Positions 28,656 to 37,921 of a stretch of 64,000 bases of DNA are shown here, piece after piece (position 1 is the first letter of the stretch; every line of letters starts with the position of its first letter). The position numbers and the translations under genes are program-made. This DNA is from Dehalococcoidia bacterium (GTDB taxonomy: Bacteria > Chloroflexota > Dehalococcoidia > UBA2979): positions 640,001-704,000 of the forward strand of contig OZ219871.1 in the NCBI GenBank assembly GCA_964291495.2, written 5' to 3'. The notes beneath the pieces are model-generated. The model made no database searches. It saw only the letters and a program-made list of their open reading frames with translations, and had not been told where the DNA came from.

Positions 28656-29912
28656 ATGGACTGGAGGGACAGCGCGGACCAGGCGGCGTTTCGCGCCGGT
28701 GTGCGGACGTTCATGCAGGAGAGACTGCCGCCGCGCTATAAGGCGAGTTCCGCCTCGTACAGCCGGCAGGAGATCCCGAGCCCGGTGGAGACGCTCATCA
28801 TGCCCGGCGCGTCGTGGGAGACGGACCGCATGTCGGGCGACCCCGAGGTCCGCAGGCAGTGCCAGGACTGGGTTGAGGCGCTCAACGAGCAGGGCTGGGT
28901 CGCCGCGCACTGGCCCCGCGAACTCGGCGGCGCCGGGCTCTCGACGATCGAGCAGTACATCCTGAACGAAGAGCGCACGATAGCCGATGCGCCACGGGTG
29001 GGAGGCACCGGCGCGATGTTCCTCGGCAGCCTGCTGATGGTGCACGGCACGCCCGAGCAGCGGGCCCGCCACATGCCGGCGATCGCCGCCGGCGAGATCA
29101 ACTGGGCGCAGGGCTACTCCGAGCCCGGCGCCGGCTCCGACCTCGGCTCGCTGTCGCTGCGCGCCGTCCGCGATGGCGACGAGTACGTGCTGAACGGGCA
29201 GAAGATCTGGTCGACCCCGCAGACCGCCGACGCCATGTACGCGCTCGTGCGGACGGACCCGGACGCGCCCAAGCACCGCGGCATCTCGTTCCTGATGATC
29301 GAGGACTTCCGCATCCCCGGCATCTCGTGGCGGCCGCTCATGAACGCCTGCTTTGACCACTCCAGCTTCGGTGAGACGTTCTTCGAGGACGCCCGCGTGC
29401 CGGCGACGAACCTGATTGGCGAGGAGAATCGCGGCTGGTACGTCGCCATGACGCTCATGGACTTCGATCGCGCCAGCATCTCCAACACGGCCGAGCAGCG
29501 CCTCGACATGCAGGAGCTGATCGGCTTCGCGACCGGTGAGGGCAGGGACCTCGTGCGGATCGGGGAGCGGCCGGTGCTGCGCGGCGAGATCGCCGACCGC
29601 ATGATCGAGGTCGAGGTGGGCTACAACCTGTCGCTGCGGCTCGCGTGGATGCAGTCATCCGGCCTGATCCCCAACTACGAGGCGTCGATGGGCAAGATGT
29701 TCTCGACGGAGCTGCTGCAGCGCGTCGCGCGAAGCGGCGCGAAGACGTTCGGCCTCTACGCCAACCTCTGGCCGGGGGATGAACACGCTCCGCTGGCCGG
29801 CAAGCACACCTATCAGTACCTGCGGACCATTCCCAGAACCATCTCCGGCGGCAGTTCCGAGATCCAGCGCAACGTCATCGCCACGCGCGGTCTGGGTCTG
29901 CCGCGCGGGTAG
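28656..29912 (+). CDS. Acyl-CoA dehydrogenase family protein (FadE/IpdE/ChsE-like)
   Basis: WPRELGG, WAQGYSEPGAGSDL, NGQKIWS, RTDPDAPKHRGIS, IGEENRGW, GGSSEIQRNVIA. Confidence 0.93.
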   Translation: MDWRDSADQAAFRAGVRTFMQERLPPRYKASSASYSRQEIPSPVETLIMPGASWETDRMSGDPEVRRQCQDWVEALNEQGWVAAHWPRELGGAGLSTIEQYILNEERTIADAPRVGGTGAMFLGSLLMVHGTPEQRARHMPAIAAGEINWAQGYSEPGAGSDLGSLSLRAVRDGDEYVLNGQKIWSTPQTADAMYALVRTDPDAPKHRGISFLMIEDFRIPGISWRPLMNACFDHSSFGETFFEDARVPATNLIGEENRGWYVAMTLMDFDRASISNTAEQRLDMQELIGFATGEGRDLVRIGERPVLRGEIADRMIEVEVGYNLSLRLAWMQSSGLIPNYEASMGKMFSTELLQRVARSGAKTFGLYANLWPGDEHAPLAGKHTYQYLRTIPRTISGGSSEIQRNVIATRGLGLPRG

Positions 29913-29949
29913 CGAGCGCAGTCCGTCCGCGATCGCGCGGGCGTTGCGG

Positions 29950-30735
29950 CTAGCGACCTCGGAACACTGGCTTGCGCTTCTCGACGAACGCCTGCGCCGC
30001 CTCGCGCGTGTCGTCGAGGGTTCGGAGATAGGCCATCGCGCCCGGCATTCCGATCTCGGTCTGGTACGTGCTCGTGCGGGGGCGCGCCATCCGCAGCTGC
30101 TCCTTCGTCGTCTGCACGTGCACGGGCGGCAGACCTGCGATTTCCTCGGCGAGCTCGAGCGCACGTGGCAGCACCTCGTCGGGCGGCACCAGGTGGTTCG
30201 CAAGCCCCAGCTCGTACGCTCGCTGAGCGCTGATGGTGTGCCCGCGCAACACGATCTCCACGCCGGGCAGCCACGGCAGATTGCACAGGATCGGCACGAA
30301 CGCCGGGCCGATGATCCCGGTCGGCAGCTCCGACATCGCGAACCGCGCGTCGTCGGCGCACACGGCAATGTCCGACCCGATCACCATGTACCAGCCGAAG
30401 CCCCAGGCGCCGCCGTTGACGGCGGCGATGATCGGCTTGTCCGTGTCGGGAACCCCCAGGTACTCCATCCGTGCGACGGGCGCGTCCGCCGCATCGAGCG
30501 GCGGCGGGCCCCCGGCCGCCTGGTCCTGGATGTCCCTCCCCGCGCAGAAGACACGGCCGGCGCCGGTCAGCACCCCGACACGCGCGTCGTCGTCGTTGAC
30601 GAACTCGTACCAGGCCCGGGCGAGGTCGTGCCCCATCTGCGCGCCACGCGCATTCAGTCGCTCGGGGCGGTTCATGGTCACCGTGGCGACGTGCCCGCTC
30701 TTCTCGTACTCGACGAACCCGTGCGTTGCCATCAC
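29950..30735 (-). CDS. Enoyl-CoA hydratase/isomerase family protein
   Basis: TMNRPERLNA, LTGAGRVFCAGRD, KPIIAAVNG, AFVEKRKPVFRG. Confidence 0.9.
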   Translation of the reverse strand: MMATHGFVEYEKSGHVATVTMNRPERLNARGAQMGHDLARAWYEFVNDDDARVGVLTGAGRVFCAGRDIQDQAAGGPPPLDAADAPVARMEYLGVPDTDKPIIAAVNGGAWGFGWYMVIGSDIAVCADDARFAMSELPTGIIGPAFVPILCNLPWLPGVEIVLRGHTISAQRAYELGLANHLVPPDEVLPRALELAEEIAGLPPVHVQTTKEQLRMARPRTSTYQTEIGMPGAMAYLRTLDDTREAAQAFVEKRKPVFRGR

Positions 30736-30958
30736 CCGGTCCCTCCGCGCATCCGCGATCCTCGGGCGATCCTAGCAGCAGGGCATCCGGGCGATGGGCG
30801 CGGGCTGTACGAGAATCGAGGCCATGACGGGCACCCATCGCGCATCGGGGCGCCACGGCATTCCCTGCGCCTCGGCCAAGTGAGTCCGGCTGGTCACGAG
30901 ACGGGCGGGCTAGAATCGGCCACGAGAAACACGCGACGACCGTAAGGGAGTGGTTCCG

Positions 30959-31735
30959 ATGTCTGTCCTGCTGTACGAGAAGCGAGATTCCTACGCCATC
31001 TTCACGCTGAACCGCCCGGAACGGCTCAACGCCAGCGGCCTCCAGATGCGCGCGGCAATCGAGGAGGCGGTCGCGGACTTCGACGCCGACCCCGCCATGC
31101 GAGCCGGCATCGTGACCGGCGCGGGCAGGGCGTTCAGCGCCGGGATGGACCTGAAGGAGGCCGCCGAGCGGGCTGCGAGCGGTGAGCCGGTCGGAGGAAA
31201 CAGGCCGGACGGCTCGACGCCGCGTTCGCCCCTCTCCAGCAGCCCGAAGCCGTTCATCGCCGCGGTCAACGGGCTGGCGCTCGGCGGCGGCCTCGAGCGC
31301 GCGCTCGACTGCGACATCCGGATCTGCTCGACCGAGGCGTACTTCGGGCTGTTCGAGGTGAAGCGGGGCATCATGGCCGGCTACGCCGTCCATCATCTCC
31401 CGCGACTCGTCGGCTCGGCCGCGGCGAGCTACGTGCTGCTCACGGGCGACCGCATCGAGCCCGAGCAGGCGCTGCAGTGGGGCATCGTCTCCGAGGTCGT
31501 GCCGCCGGAGCGGCTCCTGCCGCGAGCGATCGAGATCGCCGAGCTGATCGCCTCCAACGCACCCCTCTCGGTCAAGGGCACGAAGTCGATGCTGCACTTC
31601 TGGCGCAACACGGGCATGGCGGAGAGCCACCGCGCGTACCAGTGGATCGCCGGAGCCGTCTTCGAGTCCGAGGATGCGAAGGAGGGCCCGACGGCGTTCG
31701 CCGAGAAGCGCGAGCCGAACTGGCAGGGACGCTAG
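30959..31735 (+). CDS. Enoyl-CoA hydratase/isomerase family protein
   Basis: TLNRPERLNA, AFSAGMDL, KPFIAAVNGLALGGGLE, FGLFEVKRG (both catalytic Glu present), AFAEKREPNW. Confidence 0.92.
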   Translation: MSVLLYEKRDSYAIFTLNRPERLNASGLQMRAAIEEAVADFDADPAMRAGIVTGAGRAFSAGMDLKEAAERAASGEPVGGNRPDGSTPRSPLSSSPKPFIAAVNGLALGGGLERALDCDIRICSTEAYFGLFEVKRGIMAGYAVHHLPRLVGSAAASYVLLTGDRIEPEQALQWGIVSEVVPPERLLPRAIEIAELIASNAPLSVKGTKSMLHFWRNTGMAESHRAYQWIAGAVFESEDAKEGPTAFAEKREPNWQGR

Positions 31736-31797
31736 CGGTAGCTCCCACGTCCGCCGCGGCCCGCCGGCTCGCCTGCAAGGGTCACCCGCACGCCCCG

Positions 31798-32973
31798 TCA
31801 GTAGTCGCGCGGTAGCCGGAGCCCCTGGAAGGCGATGATGTTGCGCTGGATCTCGTTGCTGCCACCCGCGATGGTGATCCCGACGTTGGATTCCAGGGTG
31901 GTGTTGATCCAGCCCCCGAGGGGAGCGCGCTCCGACTCCCAGGTGATGGTTGCCGCCGGCCCCGCGATCTCCATCCCGAACTCCGCGATCCGCCGCTCGA
32001 GCTCGGTGAGATAGATCTTCTGGATTGAAGACTCGACGCGCAGCTTGAGCCCCGACGTGAGCTTCGAAGCCGTTATCGCCTGGAAGACCTCGCCCGCTTC
32101 CATCTCGATGAAGAACTGCGCGAGCCGGTCCCGCACCCATGGGTCCTGTGCCAGCGGCCTGCCGTTCAGCGATGCGCTCCGGACGAACGCCAGCAGCTCG
32201 TCGAGCAGCAGCGGGAGGTGGCCGTAGGGGATCCCGCTGGTGCGGTCGAGGTCGAGCGCCTCGCGGACGTAGTCCCAGCCCTTGTTCTCCTCACCGAGGA
32301 GGTGATCCGCGGGGACCCGGACGTCGTCGTAGAAGCTGGCCGCCACGCCGCGCTCTCCCGGGCCGCCGGTCCCGGTAAACCCCGGGCGGTCGTGCTCGAC
32401 GAAGAGCAGCGAGATGCCCTCGCGCAGGGGCGCGTCCGGGTCGGTGCGTACGGCGAGGTAGATGATGTTGCCCTCCTGGGGGCGGCTGAACACCTTCTGG
32501 CCGTTGATCACGTACTCGTCGCCGTCTCGCACCGCCCGCGTCTGCAGGTTCGCCAGGTCGGAGCCCGTCTCGGGCTCGGTGAACCCGAGCGAGAAATCGA
32601 TCTCGCCGGCGCGGATCAGGGGGAGCACCTCCTCCTTCATCCAGGGCGACCCGTACTTGATGATGAGCGGGCCCATGATGTTCACGGCGTACAGCGAGAG
32701 CGGCGCCTCGATCCGCGAGCACTCGTCGCTGAGGATGAAGCGTTCCATGGGCGTGAACTTCGCGGTGCCTCCGTACTCGGCTGGCCAGCCGAGTGCGTAC
32801 CAGCCGCGTTCGGCGACCTTCTGCCGGAAGCGCCTGACCGCCGCGCGCCGGGCCGGGGTCAACACTCGCCCCTGGCGCCTCGCCACGCGCACCTCGGGCG
32901 GCCACGCCTCCTCGAGGAACTCGCGGATCTCTCGCCGGAATCGCTGCTCGTCCGCGCTGAAACCGAAGTCCAC
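31798..32973 (-). CDS. Acyl-CoA dehydrogenase (alpha-type subunit)
   Basis: WPAEYGG, FTEPETGSDL, NGQKVF, LGEENKGW, GGSNEIQRNIIA. Confidence 0.92.
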   Translation of the reverse strand: MDFGFSADEQRFRREIREFLEEAWPPEVRVARRQGRVLTPARRAAVRRFRQKVAERGWYALGWPAEYGGTAKFTPMERFILSDECSRIEAPLSLYAVNIMGPLIIKYGSPWMKEEVLPLIRAGEIDFSLGFTEPETGSDLANLQTRAVRDGDEYVINGQKVFSRPQEGNIIYLAVRTDPDAPLREGISLLFVEHDRPGFTGTGGPGERGVAASFYDDVRVPADHLLGEENKGWDYVREALDLDRTSGIPYGHLPLLLDELLAFVRSASLNGRPLAQDPWVRDRLAQFFIEMEAGEVFQAITASKLTSGLKLRVESSIQKIYLTELERRIAEFGMEIAGPAATITWESERAPLGGWINTTLESNVGITIAGGSNEIQRNIIAFQGLRLPRDY

Positions 32974-32983
32974 GCCGCTCCCC

Positions 32984-34048
32984 CTAGGGCCCGAGGATGG
33001 CGTCGGCGATCGCCCGGCGGTGCTCGTGCGCCGTCCCGTAGGCCGTCGTCAATCCGATCCCGATGCGGTACGAGAGCTGGGCCGGGTGGTCATCGCTGTG
33101 CCCGACACCGCCGTGCACCTGGATCGCGTCGCGGGTGACGCGCGCGGCCGCGTCGCCCATATACGCCTTCGCGTAGCGGGCGGCGCGCTCGAACGGCTCC
33201 CCGGTCGCCTGCAGCCAGGCAGCCTTGTAGACGAGGTATCGCCCGACCTCGATGTCGACCACCATGTTCGCGCACTTGTGTGAGATCGCCTGGAAGGCGC
33301 CGATCAGCTTGCCGAAGGCCCGGCGCTGCTTCGCGTAATCGGAGGCGAGCTCCAGCGACCGCTCGCAGAGCCCGAGCAGGAGAAGCGCGCTGGCAACCGC
33401 GCCGTGCGCGACGACGTCCGCCTGCAGACCGTCTGCGCTGACGGCCTCGCCCATGGCCCCGTCGAGCCGCACCTCGAACAGCGGGTCGCCGCCGGAGGTC
33501 GGCAGTCGCTCGAACGTGACGCCCTCGCCCGTCACCGGCACGACCGCCATCCGCTCCTCCTCGTCGAGCGGCAGCAGGAGATGCGTGGCGAGGTTCGCCC
33601 AGGGGACGGCGCCGGAGACGCCGGACAGCGCGACCGTGCCGTTGGAGGATCCAACGGCCCTCGGGCTCTCGCCCTCGCCGTCGCTATAGAGCGCGGGGAT
33701 GACGACGGCCTCGCCGTCCGCGATCGCGGCTGCCAGGTCGGGTGCGGCCCGCACGAGCGGTAGCCCGCTCGCGATGGTCGAGTGGTGATACGGGCTCACG
33801 GCGCAGGCTCTGCCCATCTCCTCAAGGAGCAGCACGATGTCGAGGAGGCCACCGCCGGTACCGCCCAACTGCTCCGGGAACGGGGCCGAGGTCCAGCCCA
33901 GATCGAGCATGCCGCTCCAGATCCCGAGGTCGAAACCCTCATCGCTCTGGTAGATGTCGCGCATCCGGTCGATCGGGTACTCGCGCGCGAAGAAGTCGCG
34001 GCTGGCCTGCCCGAGCAGTTCCTGGATTTCGCTGAACTGGTGGTCCAT
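32984..34048 (-). CDS. Acyl-CoA dehydrogenase, short divergent partner subunit
   Basis: PEQLGGTGG, LLEEMGR, YAKQRRAFGKLIGAFQAISHKCA, QVHGGVG. Lacks the TEPxxGSD motif. Confidence 0.88.
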   Translation of the reverse strand: MDHQFSEIQELLGQASRDFFAREYPIDRMRDIYQSDEGFDLGIWSGMLDLGWTSAPFPEQLGGTGGGLLDIVLLLEEMGRACAVSPYHHSTIASGLPLVRAAPDLAAAIADGEAVVIPALYSDGEGESPRAVGSSNGTVALSGVSGAVPWANLATHLLLPLDEEERMAVVPVTGEGVTFERLPTSGGDPLFEVRLDGAMGEAVSADGLQADVVAHGAVASALLLLGLCERSLELASDYAKQRRAFGKLIGAFQAISHKCANMVVDIEVGRYLVYKAAWLQATGEPFERAARYAKAYMGDAAARVTRDAIQVHGGVGHSDDHPAQLSYRIGIGLTTAYGTAHEHRRAIADAILGP

Positions 34049-34255
34049 CAGGGCCCCTTCGAGCCTGCGCGCCGCCGCTGTGGTCTTCTCCGAGCCCGCG
34101 CACTGTGGACTATCACGTTGACTATACAGCCAGCGCGGCTCCCGGGATGCGGAGCACCGAGCCCAGTTCGCGCTGGGATCCGAACCGCAGTCGGCCCGTC
34201 CACGTGCGCACCTGCCCGAAGACGCTGACCTGTCGCGCGACCTCTCGCGCCTCGA

Positions 34256-34284
34256 TTGACGTGCATCTTTCGGGCGATAGAATG
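34256..34284 (+). promoter_or_regulatory. Promoter TTGACG-N16-TAGAAT overlapping operator motif B (GCATCTTTCGGGCGATAGAATG)
   Basis: The 22 bp at 34263-34284 are identical to 50384-50405. The core palindrome is CTWTCG-N2-CGAWAG. Confidence 0.75.
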
Positions 34285-34472
34285 CGTTCGATCTGCCGTG
34301 AGCATGACCGTGGTGGCGGTGCCCTATCACCAGCTCGAGTGGCTCGGCCGTGGTTCGGTCTGCGGCCTCCGCTCGCTCCCGCTGCGAGTGACCCCGCGGA
34401 GCTGATCACCCGCCCGCGCGACGATCCGGGGCGAGGCGCGCGGGCTTCGCCGGCGACCCGAAGGGGGCTGCC

Positions 34473-35687
34473 TTGGCTCAGCTGCTCGAGGGCATGCGGG
34501 TGCTCGATCTGGGCCGGAACGTGGCGGCGCCATTCGCCGCCAAACTCCTCGCGGACTACGGCGCGGAGGTGCTCAAGGTCGAACCCCCTGCCGGCGACCC
34601 GGCGCGCCGCGTGGGCCCGTTCCTCCGCGACGAGCCCAACCCGGAGACCTCCGCGCTCTTCCTGCACCTCAACACCAACAAGCGAGGCATCACCCTGGAC
34701 CTCGCGACGCCCGAGGGGCAGCGCATCCTGCGGCGGCTCGCCGCCGACGCCGACGCGATCGTCGAGGACTTCGCACCCGGCCAGCTGGAGGCGTGGGGCA
34801 TCGGTTACGAGGCGCTCGCGGCCGATCATCCGGAGCTGGTCCTCGCCTCGATCACGCCGTTCGGGCAGAGCGGCCCGTACCGCGACTACCGCGGCTCGGA
34901 GATCACGCTGCAGGCGCTGGGCGGTTCGCTACACAGCAACGGATCGGCCGAGCGCTACCCGGTGAAGCTGGGCGGACACGCCGCGCACTACTACGCGGGC
35001 ACTGCAGCGGCGCTGGCGGTGATGCTCGCCTGCTACCGCGTCGATGGGGGTGAGCGTGGCGACTGGATCGACCTCGCGGTGTACGAGACGCAGGCGGGCT
35101 CGATGGACCGGCGGAGGTACTTCCTGACCGTCGCCGCCTACACCGGCTACCCGGCGCGCCGCCAATCGCCGGGCTCGCACGTGATCTCGGGCGTACGGCC
35201 GACGCCTGATGGCTACGTCAACGTCGCCGGCATGCACCGCCCGGATGCGCTGCTCCGCCTGATCGGGCGCGACGACCTGCTGGGCCCCGAGGGGATCGAA
35301 CGGTCGGCGTTCACGGAGCCGGGCGCCTTCCTCGAGGAGGTCGAGACCTCCTTCCTCGGCTGGCTGCTTCAGCGCGGCAAGCGGGAGGTCGTGGACGAGA
35401 TGCAGGAGCGGCGCATCCTCGCGGGGCTGTTGCAGACGACCGAGGACCTGCTGGAGGACGAGCACTACCGCAGCCGCGGCGTGTGGGAGACGGTGGACCA
35501 TCCCGAGACCGGGCCGATCGAGTACCCCGGCCGGCAGCTCGTCCTCAGCGAGACGCCGAAGGCGCCGGCCGTGCGCGCCCCGCTGCTCTCCGAGCACACC
35601 GCCGAGGTGCTCGTCGGCGAACTCGGCGCGGACCTCGGGCTGACGCACGCCGACCTGCCGCGACTTCGCGCCGAGGGGGTAGTCTGA
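34473..35687 (+). CDS. Family III CoA-transferase, subunit lacking the catalytic Asp (BbsE-like)
   Basis: LEGMRVLDL, LADYGAEVLKVEPPAGDPARR, LNTNKRGITLDL. GGHAAHYYAG occupies the position of the catalytic Asp. Confidence 0.88.
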   Translation: MAQLLEGMRVLDLGRNVAAPFAAKLLADYGAEVLKVEPPAGDPARRVGPFLRDEPNPETSALFLHLNTNKRGITLDLATPEGQRILRRLAADADAIVEDFAPGQLEAWGIGYEALAADHPELVLASITPFGQSGPYRDYRGSEITLQALGGSLHSNGSAERYPVKLGGHAAHYYAGTAAALAVMLACYRVDGGERGDWIDLAVYETQAGSMDRRRYFLTVAAYTGYPARRQSPGSHVISGVRPTPDGYVNVAGMHRPDALLRLIGRDDLLGPEGIERSAFTEPGAFLEEVETSFLGWLLQRGKREVVDEMQERRILAGLLQTTEDLLEDEHYRSRGVWETVDHPETGPIEYPGRQLVLSETPKAPAVRAPLLSEHTAEVLVGELGADLGLTHADLPRLRAEGVV

Positions 35688-35700
35688 TGGCCGCACCGCC
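35645..35700 (+). repeat. Imperfect direct repeat copy 1 (gene-junction duplication)
   Basis: 35651-35700 matches 36520-36569 at 40/50 nt, including TGATGGCCGC. Confidence 0.7.
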
Positions 35701-35745
35701 AAGGACTGGAGGCACGTCCGGTGCGGCGAGCGAGAGGAGCCGACG

Positions 35746-36492
35746 ATGAGCGAACGACTCAGAATCGGAGTCATGCTCCCGGCGGGGGACGGTACAGCCG
35801 AGCCGGATTTTCAGAGGCTCTTCGCGCCCTTTGGGGTCACCGTGCACAGCCACCGGCTCTGGCATGAGAGCGAACTCGAACCTCTGACCCGCTTCGACCG
35901 CATGAACTCCCAGATCGCCGAGGCGACCAGATACCTTTCGAGAGTGGACCTCGCCGCGATCGCATATTGCTGCACGGGAGGGAGCTTCTATCGAGGGTCG
36001 GGCTGGGACACCGAGATATTGCAGTTGATCGAGTCCGCCTCCGGAGGAACACCGGCGTTCGCCACCAGTCCCTCCGTCATCAAGGCGCTTCGCTCAGTGG
36101 GCGCGAAGAAGGTGTCGGCGATCACCCCGTACCCGGACTGGTTCAACGAGAGGCTACGGCTGTACCTGGAGGCGAAGGGCCTCGAAGTGCTCAATGTGGA
36201 TGCGCATCCAACGCCGGCTTCCCGCGTGATCCCCATCTACGATCATGACCCCGAGGAGATAGTCGAATTCGCACGCGAGAAATGCAGCCCGGACGCCGAC
36301 GTCCTGCTGTGTTCGTGCACCGACTGGCGTTCGCTGGAGGTCGTGAGCCGGTTGGAGGAGCAGCTTGGGATACCGGTCATCACCTCGAATCAGGCCACGA
36401 TCTGGGACATTGCGCAGAGACTCGATCTACCCGGACCCATCGATGGATACGGCAGCTTGTTCAAGGGGCTTGGTGCGGCGGTGGCCGGCTAG
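35746..36492 (+). CDS. Maleate cis-trans isomerase / Asp-Glu racemase family protein
   Basis: RIGVMLP, two Cys motifs YCCTGGS and CSCTDWR, ITPYP, PVITSNQATIW. Confidence 0.88.
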   Translation: MSERLRIGVMLPAGDGTAEPDFQRLFAPFGVTVHSHRLWHESELEPLTRFDRMNSQIAEATRYLSRVDLAAIAYCCTGGSFYRGSGWDTEILQLIESASGGTPAFATSPSVIKALRSVGAKKVSAITPYPDWFNERLRLYLEAKGLEVLNVDAHPTPASRVIPIYDHDPEEIVEFAREKCSPDADVLLCSCTDWRSLEVVSRLEEQLGIPVITSNQATIWDIAQRLDLPGPIDGYGSLFKGLGAAVAG

Positions 36493-36513
36493 TGCTTGAC
36501 CAGGTCGCAGCAA

Positions 36514-36569
36514 GCGCGCCGACCTGTCGCGGCTCCGCGAGCACGGGGTAAGCTGATGGCCGCGCCGCC
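36514..36569 (+). repeat. Imperfect direct repeat copy 2 (gene-junction duplication)
   Basis: CGACCTGTCGCGGCTCCGCGAGCACGGGGTAAGCTGATGGCCGCGCCGCC versus copy 1 CGACCTGCCGCGACTTCGCGCCGAGGGGGTAGTCTGATGGCCGCACCGCC. Confidence 0.7.
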
Positions 36570-37911
36570 GCCCCCTGGGAACACGCCGCGACGCCTCCCC
36601 CTCGAGGGCGTTCGCGTGGCCACGATCACGGTCTTCTGGGCGGGACCGCACGTCACGCAGTTGTTGGCGGAGTGGGGCGCCGACGTCGTCCGCGTCGAGC
36701 CGATCAACGTCGTGCAGCCGGGCACGCGGTTCGCCGAGCACGTCGCCACGCCCGAGCAGGCCCGGGAGCTGGCGGAGCAGGGGCAGATCTTCGTCTACTA
36801 CCCCGACTTCGATCCGGGCGACGAGCCCTGGAACCGCAACTCCGAGTTCAACGCGCACTCCCGCAATCAACGGTCGATGGCCGCCGACATCATGCAACCC
36901 GAGGGCCGCGAGGCGTTGCTCCGCCTGATCGAGCAGAGCGACGTGTTCATCGAGAACAACGTCCCCGAGACAATCGAGCGGGCGAACCTCACCTACGAGG
37001 CGCTGCGCGAGGTCAACCCCCGGATCATCGTGCTGCGGATGCCAGCGTACGGCCTCGACGGCCCGTACAAGAACTACCGCGCGTGGGGCACCCACGTGGA
37101 GGGGATGATCGGCCACCACCTGATCCGCTCCTACCCGGACGAGACGCCGGACCGCATGAGCCCCGCGTTCACGGCCGACGCGCTCTCCGGCGTGACCGGC
37201 GCGTTCGCCGTGGTCGCGGCGCTTCGCCATCGCGACCGCACCGGCGAGGGCCAGCAGATCGAGATGCCGCTCGCCGAGGCGTACCTGCCGGCGCTCGGTG
37301 AGTACATCCTCGACTACACGATGAACGGCCGGATCACGCCCCAGCTCGGCAACCGGCACCACGCCCACGCGCCCCACGGCGTCTACCCGACGGCCGGCGA
37401 GGACCACTGGATCGCCATCGACGTCGGTTCCGACGAGGAGTTCGCCGCGCTCTGCGACATCCTCGAGGCCCCCGCGCTTGCCGCGGACGAGCGCTTCCAG
37501 ACGAGCCAGGGCCGCTGGATGGAGTCGGAAGCGCTCGATGCGGAGCTGGGCGCCTACACCCGTGCGCACGATCGCCACGAGCTGTTCCACGCGCTGCAGC
37601 GCGCCGGGGTCACGGCGGCGCCGGTGCACGACGAGCTGGACGCGTTGGCCTCGGAGCAGCTGGCCGCGCGCGAGTGGTTCGAGGAGACCGAGTATCCCGG
37701 CGTCGGGACGCACCGCTACCCGGGACTGCTCTTCAGGATGGCGAACACGCCGAATCGCGTGCCCACGCCACCGCCGCGGCTGGGCGAGCACAGTCGCGAC
37801 ATCTACCTCGAGTTGCTCGGCTACAGCGCCGAGGAGTACGAGGCGCTCGAGGCTCGCGGGCTGGTCGGCGAGGGCTATGCGCCCGGTGTCGTGCAGTGGC
37901 CCTCGGACTGA
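36556..37911 (+). CDS. Family III CoA-transferase, catalytic subunit (BbsF-like)
   Basis: PLEGVRVATITVFWAGP, EPWNR, Asp in AFTADALSG, HRDRTGEGQQIE, PPRLGEHS. Confidence 0.9.
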   Translation: MAAPPPPGNTPRRLPLEGVRVATITVFWAGPHVTQLLAEWGADVVRVEPINVVQPGTRFAEHVATPEQARELAEQGQIFVYYPDFDPGDEPWNRNSEFNAHSRNQRSMAADIMQPEGREALLRLIEQSDVFIENNVPETIERANLTYEALREVNPRIIVLRMPAYGLDGPYKNYRAWGTHVEGMIGHHLIRSYPDETPDRMSPAFTADALSGVTGAFAVVAALRHRDRTGEGQQIEMPLAEAYLPALGEYILDYTMNGRITPQLGNRHHAHAPHGVYPTAGEDHWIAIDVGSDEEFAALCDILEAPALAADERFQTSQGRWMESEALDAELGAYTRAHDRHELFHALQRAGVTAAPVHDELDALASEQLAAREWFEETEYPGVGTHRYPGLLFRMANTPNRVPTPPPRLGEHSRDIYLELLGYSAEEYEALEARGLVGEGYAPGVVQWPSD

Positions 37912-37921
37912 TGGCGCCTGG

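Noticed and set aside
29813-32140. 775-aa minus-strand ORF
   Set aside because: Arg/Gly-rich shadow frame overlapping several well-supported genes. Long spurious ORFs are expected at this GC content.
34050-34250. Small hairpins in the ACAD/CoA-transferase intergenic region as an ncRNA
   Set aside because: Only short GC-rich stems with no recognisable RNA family signature.
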